From a plasmid, in the sequence record NZ_CP031103.1: a DNA stretch of 64,000 nucleotides; one strand, 5' to 3'. The notes under the pieces were generated by a model that saw only the letters and a program-made list of their open reading frames with translations, searched no databases and was not told the DNA's origin. The position numbers were made by a program, and so were the translations under genes. Below are positions 10,976-21,734 of this stretch, piece by piece (position 1 is the first letter of the stretch; every line of letters begins with the position of its first letter).

Positions 10976-12181
10976 ATGAACGATACTGCCAGGAATGATC
11001 ACAGCCCCTGGGCTGTCTTTCTGATTTTCTTCCGACTTGGCCTGACATCCTTCGGCGGCCCAATTGCCCATCTGGGTTACTTCCGCGATGAGTTTGTGAC
11101 GCGACGGCAGTGGTTGACCGAGCGCAGCTATGCAGATTTGGTCGCTCTGTGCCAGTTCCTTCCGGGACCAGCAAGCAGTCAGGTTGGTATAGCGCTCGGG
11201 CTGTCCAGGGCCGGTTATACCGGGGCGCTGGCAGCATGGGCCGGCTTCACGCTACCGTCAGCAGTTGCACTGATCCTGTTTGCACTGGGGATGACCGGTT
11301 ACGGGGATGTGATGCCCTCTGGTGTATTGCATGGGCTGAAGGTGGTAGCCGTTGCGGTGGTCGCGCAAGCTGTATGGGGCATGGCCCGAAATCTTTGCCC
11401 GGATATACCGCGTATTACTGTCATGGCAGTGGCAACCTGCTTTGTGCTTCTTGTGCCATCGGCCTGGGGACAGGTGGGAGTGATCATCACTGCGGCTGTC
11501 ACTGGCATGTTACTGTTCAAACCTCAGCAGGCGACGGTACATGATCCACTGCCCGTTTCAATACGGCGTCGCGTCGGATTGTTCTGGCTCACGCTGTTCT
11601 TTGTGCTACTGACAGGGTTACCATTGCTGACGGCGATATTCCCAAATCCGACGCTGTTAATGGTAGAAACTTTCTACCGGACCGGATCACTGGTTTTTGG
11701 TGGCGGGCATGTCGTGCTGCCATTGCTGCAAACTGAAGTCGTTCCTTCTGGTTGGGTCAGCAATGATACATTCCTGGCTGGCTACGGCGCTGCCCAGGCC
11801 GTTCCTGGACCGTTGTTCACTTTTGCAGCCTTTCTCGGGGCTTCGATGAACCAGGTGCCTTCTGGCTGGCTGGGTGGTCTGGTTTGTCTGCTGGCAATTT
11901 TCGCACCGTCCTTCCTTCTGATTGTGGGAGCATTGCCGTTCTGGGAAAGTCTGCGCCGCAATATCCGCACACAAGCAGCGTTGCAGGGTATTAATGCAGC
12001 CGTAGTTGGCCTTCTGCTGGCTGCTCTCTATCAACCAGTATGGACGAGCGCAGTTCTCGCTCCGCAAGATTTCGGCCTTGCCCTTGTGGCACTGGTCGCT
12101 CTGATGTTCTGGAAACTGCCGCCGTGGCTGGTCGTAATGAGTTGCGGTGTTGCGGGTTGGTTGTTGAGTTTAGCACTGTGA
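10976..12181 (+). CDS. chrA: chromate efflux transporter ChrA
   Basis: CHR family two-domain membrane protein, typical N-terminus FFRLGLTSFGGP. Confidence 0.9.
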   Translation: MNDTARNDHSPWAVFLIFFRLGLTSFGGPIAHLGYFRDEFVTRRQWLTERSYADLVALCQFLPGPASSQVGIALGLSRAGYTGALAAWAGFTLPSAVALILFALGMTGYGDVMPSGVLHGLKVVAVAVVAQAVWGMARNLCPDIPRITVMAVATCFVLLVPSAWGQVGVIITAAVTGMLLFKPQQATVHDPLPVSIRRRVGLFWLTLFFVLLTGLPLLTAIFPNPTLLMVETFYRTGSLVFGGGHVVLPLLQTEVVPSGWVSNDTFLAGYGAAQAVPGPLFTFAAFLGASMNQVPSGWLGGLVCLLAIFAPSFLLIVGALPFWESLRRNIRTQAALQGINAAVVGLLLAALYQPVWTSAVLAPQDFGLALVALVALMFWKLPPWLVVMSCGVAGWLLSLAL

Positions 12182-12191
12182 GGTTCCGGGC

Positions 12192-12497
12192 GTGACCGAC
12201 AAAGATCTTTACGGCGGGATGATCCGTTTGCACATCCTGCATCATGCAGCCAAAGAACCCGTCTTTGGTCTGGGCATCATTGAGGAATTGCGACACCACG
12301 GTTATCAACTCAGCCCGGGTACCCTGTATCCGATGCTGCACGGTATGGAAAAGAAGGGGTATCTCACTTCACGACATGTTCAGGCCGGTCGACGAAGCAG
12401 GCGAGTATATGAAATCACCGGACAAGGGAACATAGCGCTAACGGACGCCAGAAACAGGGTGAAAGAGCTGTTCGGTGAACTTGTTGAAGGCAAATGA
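12192..12497 (+). CDS. PadR-family transcriptional regulator
   Basis: PadR winged-helix signature (GYxLSPGTLYPxLxxME). Confidence 0.8.
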   Translation: MTDKDLYGGMIRLHILHHAAKEPVFGLGIIEELRHHGYQLSPGTLYPMLHGMEKKGYLTSRHVQAGRRSRRVYEITGQGNIALTDARNRVKELFGELVEGK

Positions 12498-12620
12498 TAT
12501 GCCTATGGTTTTAGTCTGCCGTCTTCTGAAAACGACAGACACATGTAAGATTATCCGCTGCCTGGCAGAAGGAGACTTTGTGAAAACGCTCATGGTGTGT
12601 ATTTATACGATCAGAAGGCG

Positions 12621-13319
12621 TTATATTTTTTCCTGATTGACGCGGGACGAAAGTTCCTGATGACTCTCTTTTCGTTCGCTGTAGCGATCTGCAAGGTAGC
12701 TGGTTTGTCCCCTGAGCAGCAACGTAATTTTAAACAACTCCTCTGCGACATCTACGATACGGTCGTACCATGAGGACGGCTTCATCCTTCCGTTCTCATC
12801 AAATTCCTGCCAGGCTTTCGCCACCGAGGACTGGTTGGGAATTGTGAACATCCGCATCCAGCGGCCCAGAATGCGCATCTGGTTCACGGCATTGAAAGAC
12901 TGTGAACCGCCGCAAACCTGCATCACTGCAAGAGTCTTGCCCTGCGAAGGACGAACCGCGCCTTCACTCAACGGTATCCAGTCGATCTGCGCCTTCATCA
13001 CCGCGCTCATAGCCCCGTGCCGTTCCGGCGAGCTCCACACCATCCCGTCACACCATCTGACCAGCCCGCGTAGCTCGGAGACTTTAGGGTGCGTATCCGG
13101 GGCATCATCCGGCAGGGGTAAACCGGAGGGGTTAAAGAATTTCACCTCCGCGCCCATCGCCGTCAGCAGGCGACCTGCTTCCTCCGCGGCAAAGCGACTG
13201 TAGGAGCGCTCCCTTACTGAGCCATACAGGATCAGAATCCGTGGGGGCTCCTGCAGGTGCAGACGTTCAGCGATATGTTGATCAAAACAGTCAGTATTCA
13301 GGGCTGGAAATTGTTCCAT
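12621..13319 (-). CDS. arsH: ArsH NADPH-dependent FMN reductase
   Basis: Sequence family recognition; divergent from arsR as usual. Confidence 0.85.
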   Translation of the reverse strand: MEQFPALNTDCFDQHIAERLHLQEPPRILILYGSVRERSYSRFAAEEAGRLLTAMGAEVKFFNPSGLPLPDDAPDTHPKVSELRGLVRWCDGMVWSSPERHGAMSAVMKAQIDWIPLSEGAVRPSQGKTLAVMQVCGGSQSFNAVNQMRILGRWMRMFTIPNQSSVAKAWQEFDENGRMKPSSWYDRIVDVAEELFKITLLLRGQTSYLADRYSERKESHQELSSRVNQEKI

Positions 13320-13404
13320 TTTTCTCCTCCGGAGAGAACAGATGATTTCAAATTTAACACATATGATTTAACATATGTGTATTCTAAAGTGAACGGAGTG
13401 AAAA

Positions 13405-13725
13405 ATGCTACAACCTGTTCAGCTTTTCAAAATCCTGTCGGATGAAACACGACTAGCCATCGTCATGCTTCTCCGGGAGTCCGGAGAATTGTGCGTCTGC
13501 GATATCTGCGTTGCTACCTCCGAATCGCAGCCCAAAATCTCCCGACATATGGCTATCCTTCGCGAGGCTGATCTGGTTCTTGACCGTCGGGAAGGCAAAT
13601 GGATCCACTATCGTCTGTCACCCCATATTCCGGCGTGGGCAGCAGAGACAATCACGACGACCTGGCAGTGTCTGCGCGAGGATGTACGTGAATGGCTGGA
13701 CAAATCAGCCTGCACCTCCTGCTGA
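13405..13725 (+). CDS. arsR: ArsR arsenite-responsive repressor
   Basis: ELCVCDL metal-binding motif, HTH. Confidence 0.85.
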   Translation: MLQPVQLFKILSDETRLAIVMLLRESGELCVCDICVATSESQPKISRHMAILREADLVLDRREGKWIHYRLSPHIPAWAAETITTTWQCLREDVREWLDKSACTSC

Positions 13726-13769
13726 GGCAGGAAAACATATTTACAAAATCATATATGATGGGGTATGAG

Positions 13770-15059
13770 ATGCTTTTGGCAGGGAGTATATTTTTACTGA
13801 CGCTGGTACTGGTGATCTGGCAACCCAGAGGCCTGAGTATTGGCTGGAGCGCGAGTATCGGGGCAGTGCTGGCGCTGGGAACCGGTGTCATCCATACCGC
13901 TGATATTCCCGTTGTCTGGAATATCGTCTGGAACGCGACAGCGGCATTTATTGCGGTCATCATCATCAGCCTGCTGCTCGATGAGTCCGGCTTCTTTGAA
14001 TGGGCCGCACTGCACGTCTCCCGCTGGGGTAACGGACGTGGCCGCCTGCTGTTCACCTGGATAGTCTTGCTCGGTGCCGCTGTTGCTGCTTTGTTCGCCA
14101 ATGATGGCGCCGCGCTGATCCTGACGCCGATTGTGATTGCGATGCTGCTCGCACTGGGGTTCAGCCAGGGCACGACACTGGCCTTTGTCATGGCTGCAGG
14201 ATTTATTGCAGATACGGCCAGCCTGCCACTCATTGTTTCTAACCTGGTGAATATCGTCTCGGCGGACTTCTTCGATCTGGGCTTTACACAGTACGCCTCC
14301 GTTATGATCCCCGTGGATGCGGCAGCGATTGCGGCCACGCTGATCATGCTGCATCTCTTCTTCCGCAGGGATATTCCGGCAACATATGACGTTTCGCTAC
14401 TGAAGACGCCTGCCAGTGTGATAAAGGATCCGGCAACGTTCAGGGCGGGCTGGATTGTCCTGTTATTGCTGCTTGTCGGTTTCTTCGTTCTGGAGCCGCT
14501 GGGGATCCCTGTCAGCGCGATAGCAGCTGCTGGCGCAGCAGTACTGTTTATCGTGGCGAAAAGAGGTCATGGCATCAACACAGGGAAAGTCCTGCGCAGT
14601 GCGCCATGGCAGATCGTGATTTTTTCGCTGGGCATGTACCTGGTGGTCTATGGCCTGCGCAATGCCGGGCTCACGGAGTATCTGTCTGGTGTACTGAACC
14701 TGCTGGCAGAAAAGGGGTTATGGGCAGCAACGTTCGGCACCGGTTTCCTGACCGCATTCCTGTCGTCGGTGATGAACAATATGCCGACGGTGCTGATTGG
14801 TGCGCTGTCGATTGACGGGAGTACGGCGACTGGCGTCGTCAAAGAGGCAATGATTTATGCCAACGTGATTGGCTGCGATTTAGGCCCGAAAATCACCCCG
14901 ATTGGCAGTCTGGCAACCCTGCTTTGGCTGCATGTGCTTGCCCAGAAAAATATAACGATCACCTGGGGTTATTACTTCCGCACCGGCATTATCATGACTC
15001 TGCCCGTGCTGTTTGTCACTCTGGCCGCGCTGGCGTTGCGGCTTTCCATCACTTTGTAA
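13770..15059 (+). CDS. arsB: ArsB arsenite efflux pump (429 aa; start [10 protein letters not shown])
   Basis: Family recognition. Confidence 0.9.
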   Translation: MLLAGSIFLLTLVLVIWQPRGLSIGWSASIGAVLALGTGVIHTADIPVVWNIVWNATAAFIAVIIISLLLDESGFFEWAALHVSRWGNGRGRLLFTWIVLLGAAVAALFANDGAALILTPIVIAMLLALGFSQGTTLAFVMAAGFIADTASLPLIVSNLVNIVSADFFDLGFTQYASVMIPVDAAAIAATLIMLHLFFRRDIPATYDVSLLKTPASVIKDPATFRAGWIVLLLLLVGFFVLEPLGIPVSAIAAAGAAVLFIVAKRGHGINTGKVLRSAPWQIVIFSLGMYLVVYGLRNAGLTEYLSGVLNLLAEKGLWAATFGTGFLTAFLSSVMNNMPTVLIGALSIDGSTATGVVKEAMIYANVIGCDLGPKITPIGSLATLLWLHVLAQKNITITWGYYFRTGIIMTLPVLFVTLAALALRLSITL

Positions 15060-15071
15060 TGAGATAAAGAT

Positions 15072-15500
15072 ATGAGCAACATTACTATCTATCACAACCC
15101 GGCCTGCGGTACTTCACGCAACACGCTGGAGATGATCCGTAACAGCGGTAACGAACCGACCATTATTTATTATCTCGATACGCCACCGACCCGTGATGAG
15201 CTGATTAAACTTATTTCAGATATGGGAATTACGGTGCGTGCATTGCTGCGTAAGAATGTTGAGCCTTATGAACACCTGGGCCTTGATGAAGAGAAATTCA
15301 GTGATGAGCAGTTGATTGATTTTATGCTTCAACATCCGATCCTGATTAATCGGCCGGTAGTCGTTACGCCGCTGGGAACGCGCCTGTGTCGCCCGTCGGA
15401 AATTGTGCTGGAAATTCTTGCGGATAAGCAAAAAGGGGCTTTCACTAAAGAAGATGGCGAGAAAGTAGTGGATAGTCGCGGTAAACGAATCATTAAGTAA
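15072..15500 (+). CDS. arsC: ArsC arsenate reductase (glutaredoxin-dependent)
   Basis: N-terminal HNPACGTSR motif. Confidence 0.9.
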   Translation: MSNITIYHNPACGTSRNTLEMIRNSGNEPTIIYYLDTPPTRDELIKLISDMGITVRALLRKNVEPYEHLGLDEEKFSDEQLIDFMLQHPILINRPVVVTPLGTRLCRPSEIVLEILADKQKGAFTKEDGEKVVDSRGKRIIK

Positions 15501-15542
15501 AACTGTCAGACACCCCTGCCCGAAGGCAGGGGGAACTTATCG

Positions 15543-15686
15543 TTAATGGCAATGACCACCCTCATGTGAGCCATGAACATAATCGTGAATATACCCATTA
15601 TGGGTATATTCACCATGATATGCCCACGCGGCCATGGTTGTGCCTCCCAGCAGAACCACGAGCATAACTGCAATGACTTTCTTCAT
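15543..15686 (-). CDS. 47-aa secreted His-rich peptide (MKKVIAVMLVVLLGGTTMAAWAYHGEYTHNGYIHDYVHGSHEGGHCH), not in ORF track
   Basis: Strong RBS aaggagatata 7 nt upstream of ATG; signal peptide then 8 His + 1 Cys in 25 residues; immediately downstream of P1B-ATPase. Confidence 0.4.
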   Translation of the reverse strand: MKKVIAVMLVVLLGGTTMAAWAYHGEYTHNGYIHDYVHGSHEGGHCH

Positions 15687-15723
15687 TATATCTCCTTGAA
15701 AATGAATAATTTTACTGCTTACC

Positions 15724-18366
15724 TTACCGTCTGAAACGTAAAAGTCTCAGACTGTTAAGAATGACCAGCACAGCGGCTCCCGTATCGCTCAGCACCGCCA
15801 TCCAGAGCGTTAACCAGCCCGGGAAGATCAGCGTCAGCGCGACGACCTTGACCAGTAACGAGAACACAATGTTCTGGCGGATGATCCGGGCCGTCAGTTT
15901 GCTCAGGGCAAAGGCGTGAGGCAGCTGTTCCAGACGGTCTGACATCAGCACCACATCGGCGGTTTCGATGGCTGAATCCGTGCCCGCTCCGCCCATCGCA
16001 ATACCGATATCGGCGGCAGCCAGCGCCGGCGCATCGTTGATGCCATCGCCCACCATGGCGATACGGATCCCTTTCTGTTGAAACGCCTCAATGGCCGCCA
16101 CCTTATCTTCCGGCAGCAAGTCGGCCCGCCAGGACTCTACGCCCGCCTGAGCGGCAATGGTACGGGCGGTACCGGCATTATCACCCGTCAGCATCAGGGT
16201 ATGTGTCAGGCCATCCGCGTGAAGCTCCTTCAGGGCATCAACGGTCGTTTTACGCAGCGCATCCGCAATGGCGAACAGACCATAAACGCCCATATTCGTT
16301 CCGAGCAGTACCACCGTCGCACCGCTCTCCTTGAGCAAATCAATCTGGCCCTGGATCTCTGGAGCAATCGCAATCTCGCGGAACAGCTTTTCATTACCTG
16401 CTAACCATGTTTCGCCCCCGACGACGGCGCGGGCACCCTGGCCCGGCAGGGTCTGGTACTCGCTGGCCTCTGCTGCCTGCGCATTATGCTGACGCGCATA
16501 ATCACTGATCGCCGTGGCCAGCGGGTGCGTTGAGTGGGACTCAACCGCCAGGGCGATAGCTAACAGGTTCTCGCTGCTTGCCCCGGAAAACGTCTGCCAC
16601 TGCGTGACCCGGGGTTTGCCCTCCGTCAGGGTACCGGTTTTATCGAAAGCCAGGCCCTGAATGGCACCCAGCTTTTCAAGGGTTACGCCCCCCTTAACCA
16701 GGATGCCGTGACGGGCTGCGTTACCAATTGCCGAGACGATGGCCACCGGCGTAGAAATCACCAGTGCACAAGGACAGGCCACAACCAGCAGTTCCAGCGC
16801 GCGGTAAAACCACTCCGCAAAACTTCCCCAGCCCACCACTGGCGGCACGATGCTGACCACCAGTGCCAGAATGAACACTATCGGGGTGTAAATCGCAGAG
16901 AATTTTTCCACGAAACTCTGGGTAGGCGATTTACGGTTCTGCGCCTCTTCTACCATATGGATGATGCGTGACAGGGCAGTCTCTGTAGAGGCTCTCGTCA
17001 CCTCAACTTCCAGCACGCCGTTATGGTTAATACTTCCGGCATACACGTCATCCCCTGGTGCCTTATCAACCGGAATAGACTCGCCGGTGATCGGTGCCTG
17101 GTTAACGCCGGATTCCCCCTTAATCACCCTACCGTCAAGAGGTAAACGATCGGCGGGTTTGATCAGCATGGTGGTGCCTTTGCGCACGTCGCCAACGGGG
17201 ACACTCACCCACTGATTATCCTTGCGGATTGTGGCTGTTTCAGGTGCCAGCGCCATCAGGCTTCTGATGGAGTTGCGGGTTTTTTCAATACTTCTGGCCT
17301 GCAGCGTGGCCCCCAGAGAGAAGAGGAACACGACGCTGGCCCCTTCAAGCCACTCGCCGATAATGGCCGCGCCAATGGCGGCTGCGGACATGAGCACGTT
17401 CATGTCCAGCGATTTGCTGAGTATGGCGTACCAGGCGCTGCGGGCAGGCCTGATGCCCCCGGCAACGATGGAAAGCGCATAGCAGAGCGTGGACAGATAG
17501 TCAGGGAAGGAGAGCCAGGAAAGAACAAACCCGGTCACCAGCGCCACGCCCGATACCACCACGTTCAGCGTTCCGGTACCGCTGCGTTTTTTGCTACTGA
17601 TGCCCGCGCCAGTGGGTTGTGCCTTGTAGCCGGCTTTAGCCACTTCACTCTGAATGACATCCTGCGACAGGGTATGACTAATCGCCATCTTGCCGGTGGA
17701 GAAGTTGACGGATACCTGACTGACGCCCGGCAGTTTACCGAGGTGTTTCTCGATGGTTGCCGCGCATGCGCCACAGTCCATCCCTTCGATAAAGTACTCT
17801 TCTGTGCCTGAAGCGGTCATGGCATCAAGTGTAAAACCGAGTTTCATCACCGCCTTTTCGATTTCCGGCTGGCTGGCGGCTTCACTGGCATGAACCTGCA
17901 TTTTCCCGGCGCTGAAATTGACGTTGCACTCCGCTACCCCGTTAAGCTGCCGTACACGTCGCACGATAGTTTCCGCACATGAAGGGCAGTCCATACCGCC
18001 AACGAGATAGTCGAGCGTCCGGGTACCTGCGATATCCGCTCGCGCGTTCAGCGGGGCGGTTTCAACGGGATCGGCCCCGCAGCAGGGATCCTGACACGCC
18101 GACGGCGTTAGGGGCTTCATTACGGTTGCGGAGGTAAGTGTAAAGGGTTTAACGGCGGCTTCTCCTTTGAAGGTCAGTTCGGCTTTATCTGCTTTCTGAA
18201 GGGCCGGTGTACAGCAGCTCTCATGACAGGTTTCTGCCTGGACCGGTAAGGGTTCTTTTTCAGCAACTGGTTTATTGGGCGTTACCGGAGAAAAGCCCTT
18301 GAAGGTGCGCGTGTTGTCTGGCCGGGAGCAGGAACCCGTTGCGCAGCATGATGATTTTTCGCTCAT
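15724..18366 (-). CDS. P1B-type heavy-metal (Zn/Cd/Pb-type) translocating ATPase with Cys-rich N-terminus and two CxxC metal-binding domains
   Basis: GMDCPSCA and GMDCGACA HMA motifs, CPC transmembrane motif, DKTGTLT phosphorylation motif. Confidence 0.85.
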   Translation of the reverse strand: MSEKSSCCATGSCSRPDNTRTFKGFSPVTPNKPVAEKEPLPVQAETCHESCCTPALQKADKAELTFKGEAAVKPFTLTSATVMKPLTPSACQDPCCGADPVETAPLNARADIAGTRTLDYLVGGMDCPSCAETIVRRVRQLNGVAECNVNFSAGKMQVHASEAASQPEIEKAVMKLGFTLDAMTASGTEEYFIEGMDCGACAATIEKHLGKLPGVSQVSVNFSTGKMAISHTLSQDVIQSEVAKAGYKAQPTGAGISSKKRSGTGTLNVVVSGVALVTGFVLSWLSFPDYLSTLCYALSIVAGGIRPARSAWYAILSKSLDMNVLMSAAAIGAAIIGEWLEGASVVFLFSLGATLQARSIEKTRNSIRSLMALAPETATIRKDNQWVSVPVGDVRKGTTMLIKPADRLPLDGRVIKGESGVNQAPITGESIPVDKAPGDDVYAGSINHNGVLEVEVTRASTETALSRIIHMVEEAQNRKSPTQSFVEKFSAIYTPIVFILALVVSIVPPVVGWGSFAEWFYRALELLVVACPCALVISTPVAIVSAIGNAARHGILVKGGVTLEKLGAIQGLAFDKTGTLTEGKPRVTQWQTFSGASSENLLAIALAVESHSTHPLATAISDYARQHNAQAAEASEYQTLPGQGARAVVGGETWLAGNEKLFREIAIAPEIQGQIDLLKESGATVVLLGTNMGVYGLFAIADALRKTTVDALKELHADGLTHTLMLTGDNAGTARTIAAQAGVESWRADLLPEDKVAAIEAFQQKGIRIAMVGDGINDAPALAAADIGIAMGGAGTDSAIETADVVLMSDRLEQLPHAFALSKLTARIIRQNIVFSLLVKVVALTLIFPGWLTLWMAVLSDTGAAVLVILNSLRLLRFRR

Positions 18367-18716
18367 TGGGCAGGATCTCCAAGCAGGCGACTGTTCATAC
18401 CGCAGCAGTGAACCTCTTCGCCCACTTCAACCATCAGGGTATCAAGCATGACCAGAAAGGCTTCCATATGCGGGCCTGACAGGCCGTAGTAGCAAAACTT
18501 CCCTTCCTGTCGTTTGGTTATCATCCCGCATCCCTTAAGGCAGGCGAGATGCTGGGAAACACCGGACTGAGATGCACCGATCTCATTCACGATATCGGAT
18601 ACCGTTTTCTCTCCGCTACGCAGCGAAATGAGGATACTCAGACGGGTCTTTTCCGATACACCGCGCAGGAATTTGATTTTGTCGTCAAGGGTTGCAGCCA
18701 CTACACACTCCAACAT
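18363..18716 (-). CDS. ArsR/SmtB-family metalloregulator (CadC/ZntR-like)
   Basis: HTH plus Cys-containing metal sites; translationally coupled upstream of ATPase. Confidence 0.8.
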   Translation of the reverse strand: MLECVVAATLDDKIKFLRGVSEKTRLSILISLRSGEKTVSDIVNEIGASQSGVSQHLACLKGCGMITKRQEGKFCYYGLSGPHMEAFLVMLDTLMVEVGEEVHCCGMNSRLLGDPAQ

Positions 18717-18914
18717 ATTAATATTCGCTAATGCGCAATATATTAATCCACGCTAATATAATGTCAATTGGCCCGTGCGATTTTGATATAGATAAAAGGT
18801 ATATCAATGGGTTGCATAAAAAACGCTCCCGTTAATGTCGCGGGTCATTGTCTGCACAGAGCGCATCAGGGTCATCTGAAGGCTCATTGTTAAACGGTCA
18901 ATAAGGATTATTTT

Positions 18915-19550
18915 ATGAAGAAAGGAGTTATCGTGGGTATCTTTCTGCTTGTGCTGGGTGTGGCGGCGTTCAGTCTCTGGTTCACCACGAAACCAGCAGA
19001 AGGTAACCGGGACAGTTTTGTGGCCAGCCATTCCCCGGTGCTGGGGGTCATTAATGCACCGGTAACCATTGTCGAATTTTTTGATCCGGCCTGTGAGGCA
19101 TGTGCGGCTATGTCACCCTATGTTAAAGAGACCCTGGCCACTCATCCGGAGGGCGTCAGACTGGTTCTGCGTTATGCCCCTTTCCACGGTGACGTTTCCG
19201 TCGAGGCTATCGAAATTCTTGAAGCGGCCCGTGAACAACGGCTTTTTGAACGTGTACTGACCGCGTTTTTCCGCAATCATCCATCCTGGGCGGGTCACGG
19301 TTTTTCACCCGAGAAAGGTAAGGCTACCCTCTGGAAAATTGCTCTGGCGTCAGGACTTAATGAGCAGCGGGCCAGAGCTTACATCGCCGGAAATAAAACG
19401 AAGAAAGTGATTGCGGAGGATCTGAAACAGATCAAGGAGCTTAATATCCAGGGCACGCCAACATTCTATGTGAATGGTAAAAAACTGATCGACCTGGGCC
19501 CCGAGCAGCTGGATCAGATGGTGTCAGCGGCGCTGAAAGAGAGCAAATAA
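18915..19550 (+). CDS. DsbA-like thiol:disulfide oxidoreductase (signal-anchored, CEAC active site)
   Basis: Thioredoxin fold CxxC motif FDPACEAC. Confidence 0.75.
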   Translation: MKKGVIVGIFLLVLGVAAFSLWFTTKPAEGNRDSFVASHSPVLGVINAPVTIVEFFDPACEACAAMSPYVKETLATHPEGVRLVLRYAPFHGDVSVEAIEILEAAREQRLFERVLTAFFRNHPSWAGHGFSPEKGKATLWKIALASGLNEQRARAYIAGNKTKKVIAEDLKQIKELNIQGTPTFYVNGKKLIDLGPEQLDQMVSAALKESK

Positions 19551-19574
19551 TCTCGTTTATTGCCCGAGGTATCC

Positions 19575-19612
19575 GAACAACAAGTCGCCTGAAAGGCGAC
19601 TTGTTGTGTTTA
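19575..19612 (+). terminator. rho-independent terminator (aacaacaagtcgcc tgaaa ggcgacttgttgtg + T-rich)
   Basis: Hairpin seen in sequence. Confidence 0.7.
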
Positions 19613-19781
19613 ACATTGAAAAGTATGTTGGCCACATGAAATGATGGTTAGTCGCGTTGACAGGAATTAACGTAGCCTGCCCATACCTTAAACCTGTGTT
19701 TTCGCCTTAGGCTTAATGTCCGCAGTTCACTCATAGTTGCCCATCATGCCAGCTCAAAAAACAGGCTTAACGTAGGATATT

Positions 19782-21109
19782 TAATGAGATGGTCACTCCC
19801 TCCTTCCCGGTACTATGCTGAGGACAGGCTTTCATTCGGAGAACTATCATGGAAAACATTGCGCTCATTGGTATCGATCTGGGTAAAAACTCTTTCCATA
19901 TTCATTGCCAGGATCGTCGCGGGAAGGCTGTTTACCGTAAAAAATTTACCCGGCCAAAGTTGATCGAATTTTTGGCGACATGCCCCGCTACAACCATCGC
20001 AATGGAAGCCTGTGGCGGTTCTCACTTTATGGCACGCAAGTTGGAAGAGTTGGGGCATTCCCCAAAGCTGATATCACCACAATTTGTCCGCCCGTTCGTT
20101 AAAAGCAATAAAAACGACTTTGTCGACGCCGAAGCTATTTGTGAAGCTGCATCGCGTCCGTCTATGCGTTTTGTGCAGCCCAGAACGGAATCTCAGCAGG
20201 CAATGCGGGCTCTGCATCGTGTCCGTGAATCCCTGGTTCAGGATAAGGTAAAAACAACCAATCAAATGCATGCTTTTCTGCTGGAATTTGGCATTAGCGT
20301 TCCCCGAGGAGCTGCCGTTATTAGCCGACTGAGTACCATTCTTGAGGATAATAGTTTGCCTCTTTACCTCAGCCAGTTATTGCTGAAATTACAACAGCAT
20401 TATCACTATCTTGTTGAGCAGATTAAAGATTTGGAATCCCAGTTGAAACGAAAGTTGGACGAAGATGAGGTTGGACAGCGCTTGCTGAGCATTCCCTGCG
20501 TCGGAACACTGACAGCGAGTACTATTTCAACTGAGATTGGCGACGGGAAGCAGTACGCCAGCAGCCGTGACTTTGCGGCGGCAACAGGGCTTGTACCTCG
20601 GCAGTACAGCACGGGAGGTAGGACGACATTGCTGGGAATTAGTAAGCGAGGTAATAAAAAGATCCGAACTTTGTTGGTTCAATGTGCCAGGGTATTCATA
20701 CAAAAACTGGAACACCAGTCTGGCAAATTGGCCGATTGGGTCAGGGATTTACTGTGCCGGAAAAGCAACTTTGTCGTCACTTGTGCTCTGGCAAACAAGC
20801 TGGCCAGAATAGCCTGGGCCCTAACGGCACGACAGCAAACTTATGTAGCATAACGGCAGAAATACACCGGTTTAAAGAATTACTGATCTGGTTTTGCGAA
20901 TACTGATATTGATGATACTAACGGCCCACCGGCCTGTTGAGGAACCTGTAAAACGGAAAGGCTCATTGAAGCCGTATATTTTCTGGAGGTTCATCAGGCG
21001 CGGAACTCATCAAGGCGCGGGAATAAAATCCCATTCAGACGCCGGATAGATTCAAGCAAGCCAACTTGTCGTCAAAATCGGTGTTGCAAAAACGGGAGTG
21101 ACCATAGAT
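19782..21109 (+). mobile_element. IS5075/IS4321-like copy 2 (intact 334-aa transposase 19849-20853) inserted in right IR of metal transposon
   Basis: Identical insertion point relative to IR as copies 1 and 3. Confidence 0.9.
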
Positions 21110-21135
21110 TCCGTTTTCCAAGCGGACCCCTGGAT

Positions 21136-21266
21136 ACGCTCATCATGCTGGATCAGCACCCTGCGTATCTGGCCGGTACGCCATCGGTGCGTCGAAACAT
21201 CCTGATCAATGAGTTGCTGGCCCTGCTGGGTCAGCCGTCCACCAGCCAGAAAGTGACGTGGTAACA
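21136..21266 (+). pseudogene. 3' remainder of the actin-like ATPase gene interrupted by the transposon (reads ...DTLIMLDQHPAYLAGTPSVRRNILINELLALLGQPSTSQKVTW*)
   Basis: Frame continuous with 5097-5720 ORF once the transposon and one TSD copy are removed. Confidence 0.55.
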
Positions 21267-21704
21267 GCGAAACCTGTTACGCCGGTTGTAGAGGAAGTAC
21301 CGGTGCAACACGCACCTCAGACCGTGCAGACGCCACCAACGGAAACGAAGCAAACTCCTGCGCACAGACCAGCCCTGCCGAAAATGGGCCAGTAACCGAT
21401 CCGCCAGCATAAATAAGGCTCCTTTTGGGGCCTTATTTTTGAAATTTAGAGGGGAAAACTTCACTTTTGACACCGATGGAGCATAGGTTTGACGCGCTTT
21501 TTGACACAAAAGCTGAAGAAATCAGCAGTCGATCAAATTTTCATTTTTTTTTCTGAAATATTGACATGACATCCAAGCCTTACGGTACGGGCACTTGCGA
21601 TTTTTTATTGCTTGACAACCTCAATTTAACCTCAAAATCAACTCTTGTTCAGGAAATAAACTCCTTTAGAATAATCACTGTCAGTCATAGAGTTAGAAAG
21701 ACCA

Positions 21705-21734
21705 GACGCAAAAAACCCGACTGGTAAGGTCGGG
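21705..21734 (-). terminator. minus-strand rho-independent terminator (cccgacc ttacca gtcggg + TTTTTTG)
   Basis: Seen in sequence; no protein gene ends here, so candidate antisense sRNA terminator. Confidence 0.45.

Larger units (their letters stand above)
5721..21130. mobile_element. Tn3-family heavy-metal resistance transposon (tnpA-res-tnpR-chrA-padR-arsH-arsRBC-P1B ATPase-ArsR/SmtB-dsbA-like), 37/38-bp IRs each split by an IS5075-like element, flanked by 5-bp TSD TGGAT
   Basis: IR halves GGGCTCCGCTTGGAATTCGGA (5721-5741) + AATATCCTACGCTAAG (7068-7083), and CTTAACGTAGGATATT (19766-19781) + TCCGTTTTCCAAGCGGACCCC (21110-21130); TGGAT at 5716-5720 and 21131-21135; interrupted ORF reads continuously across the junction. 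Confidence 0.75.
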
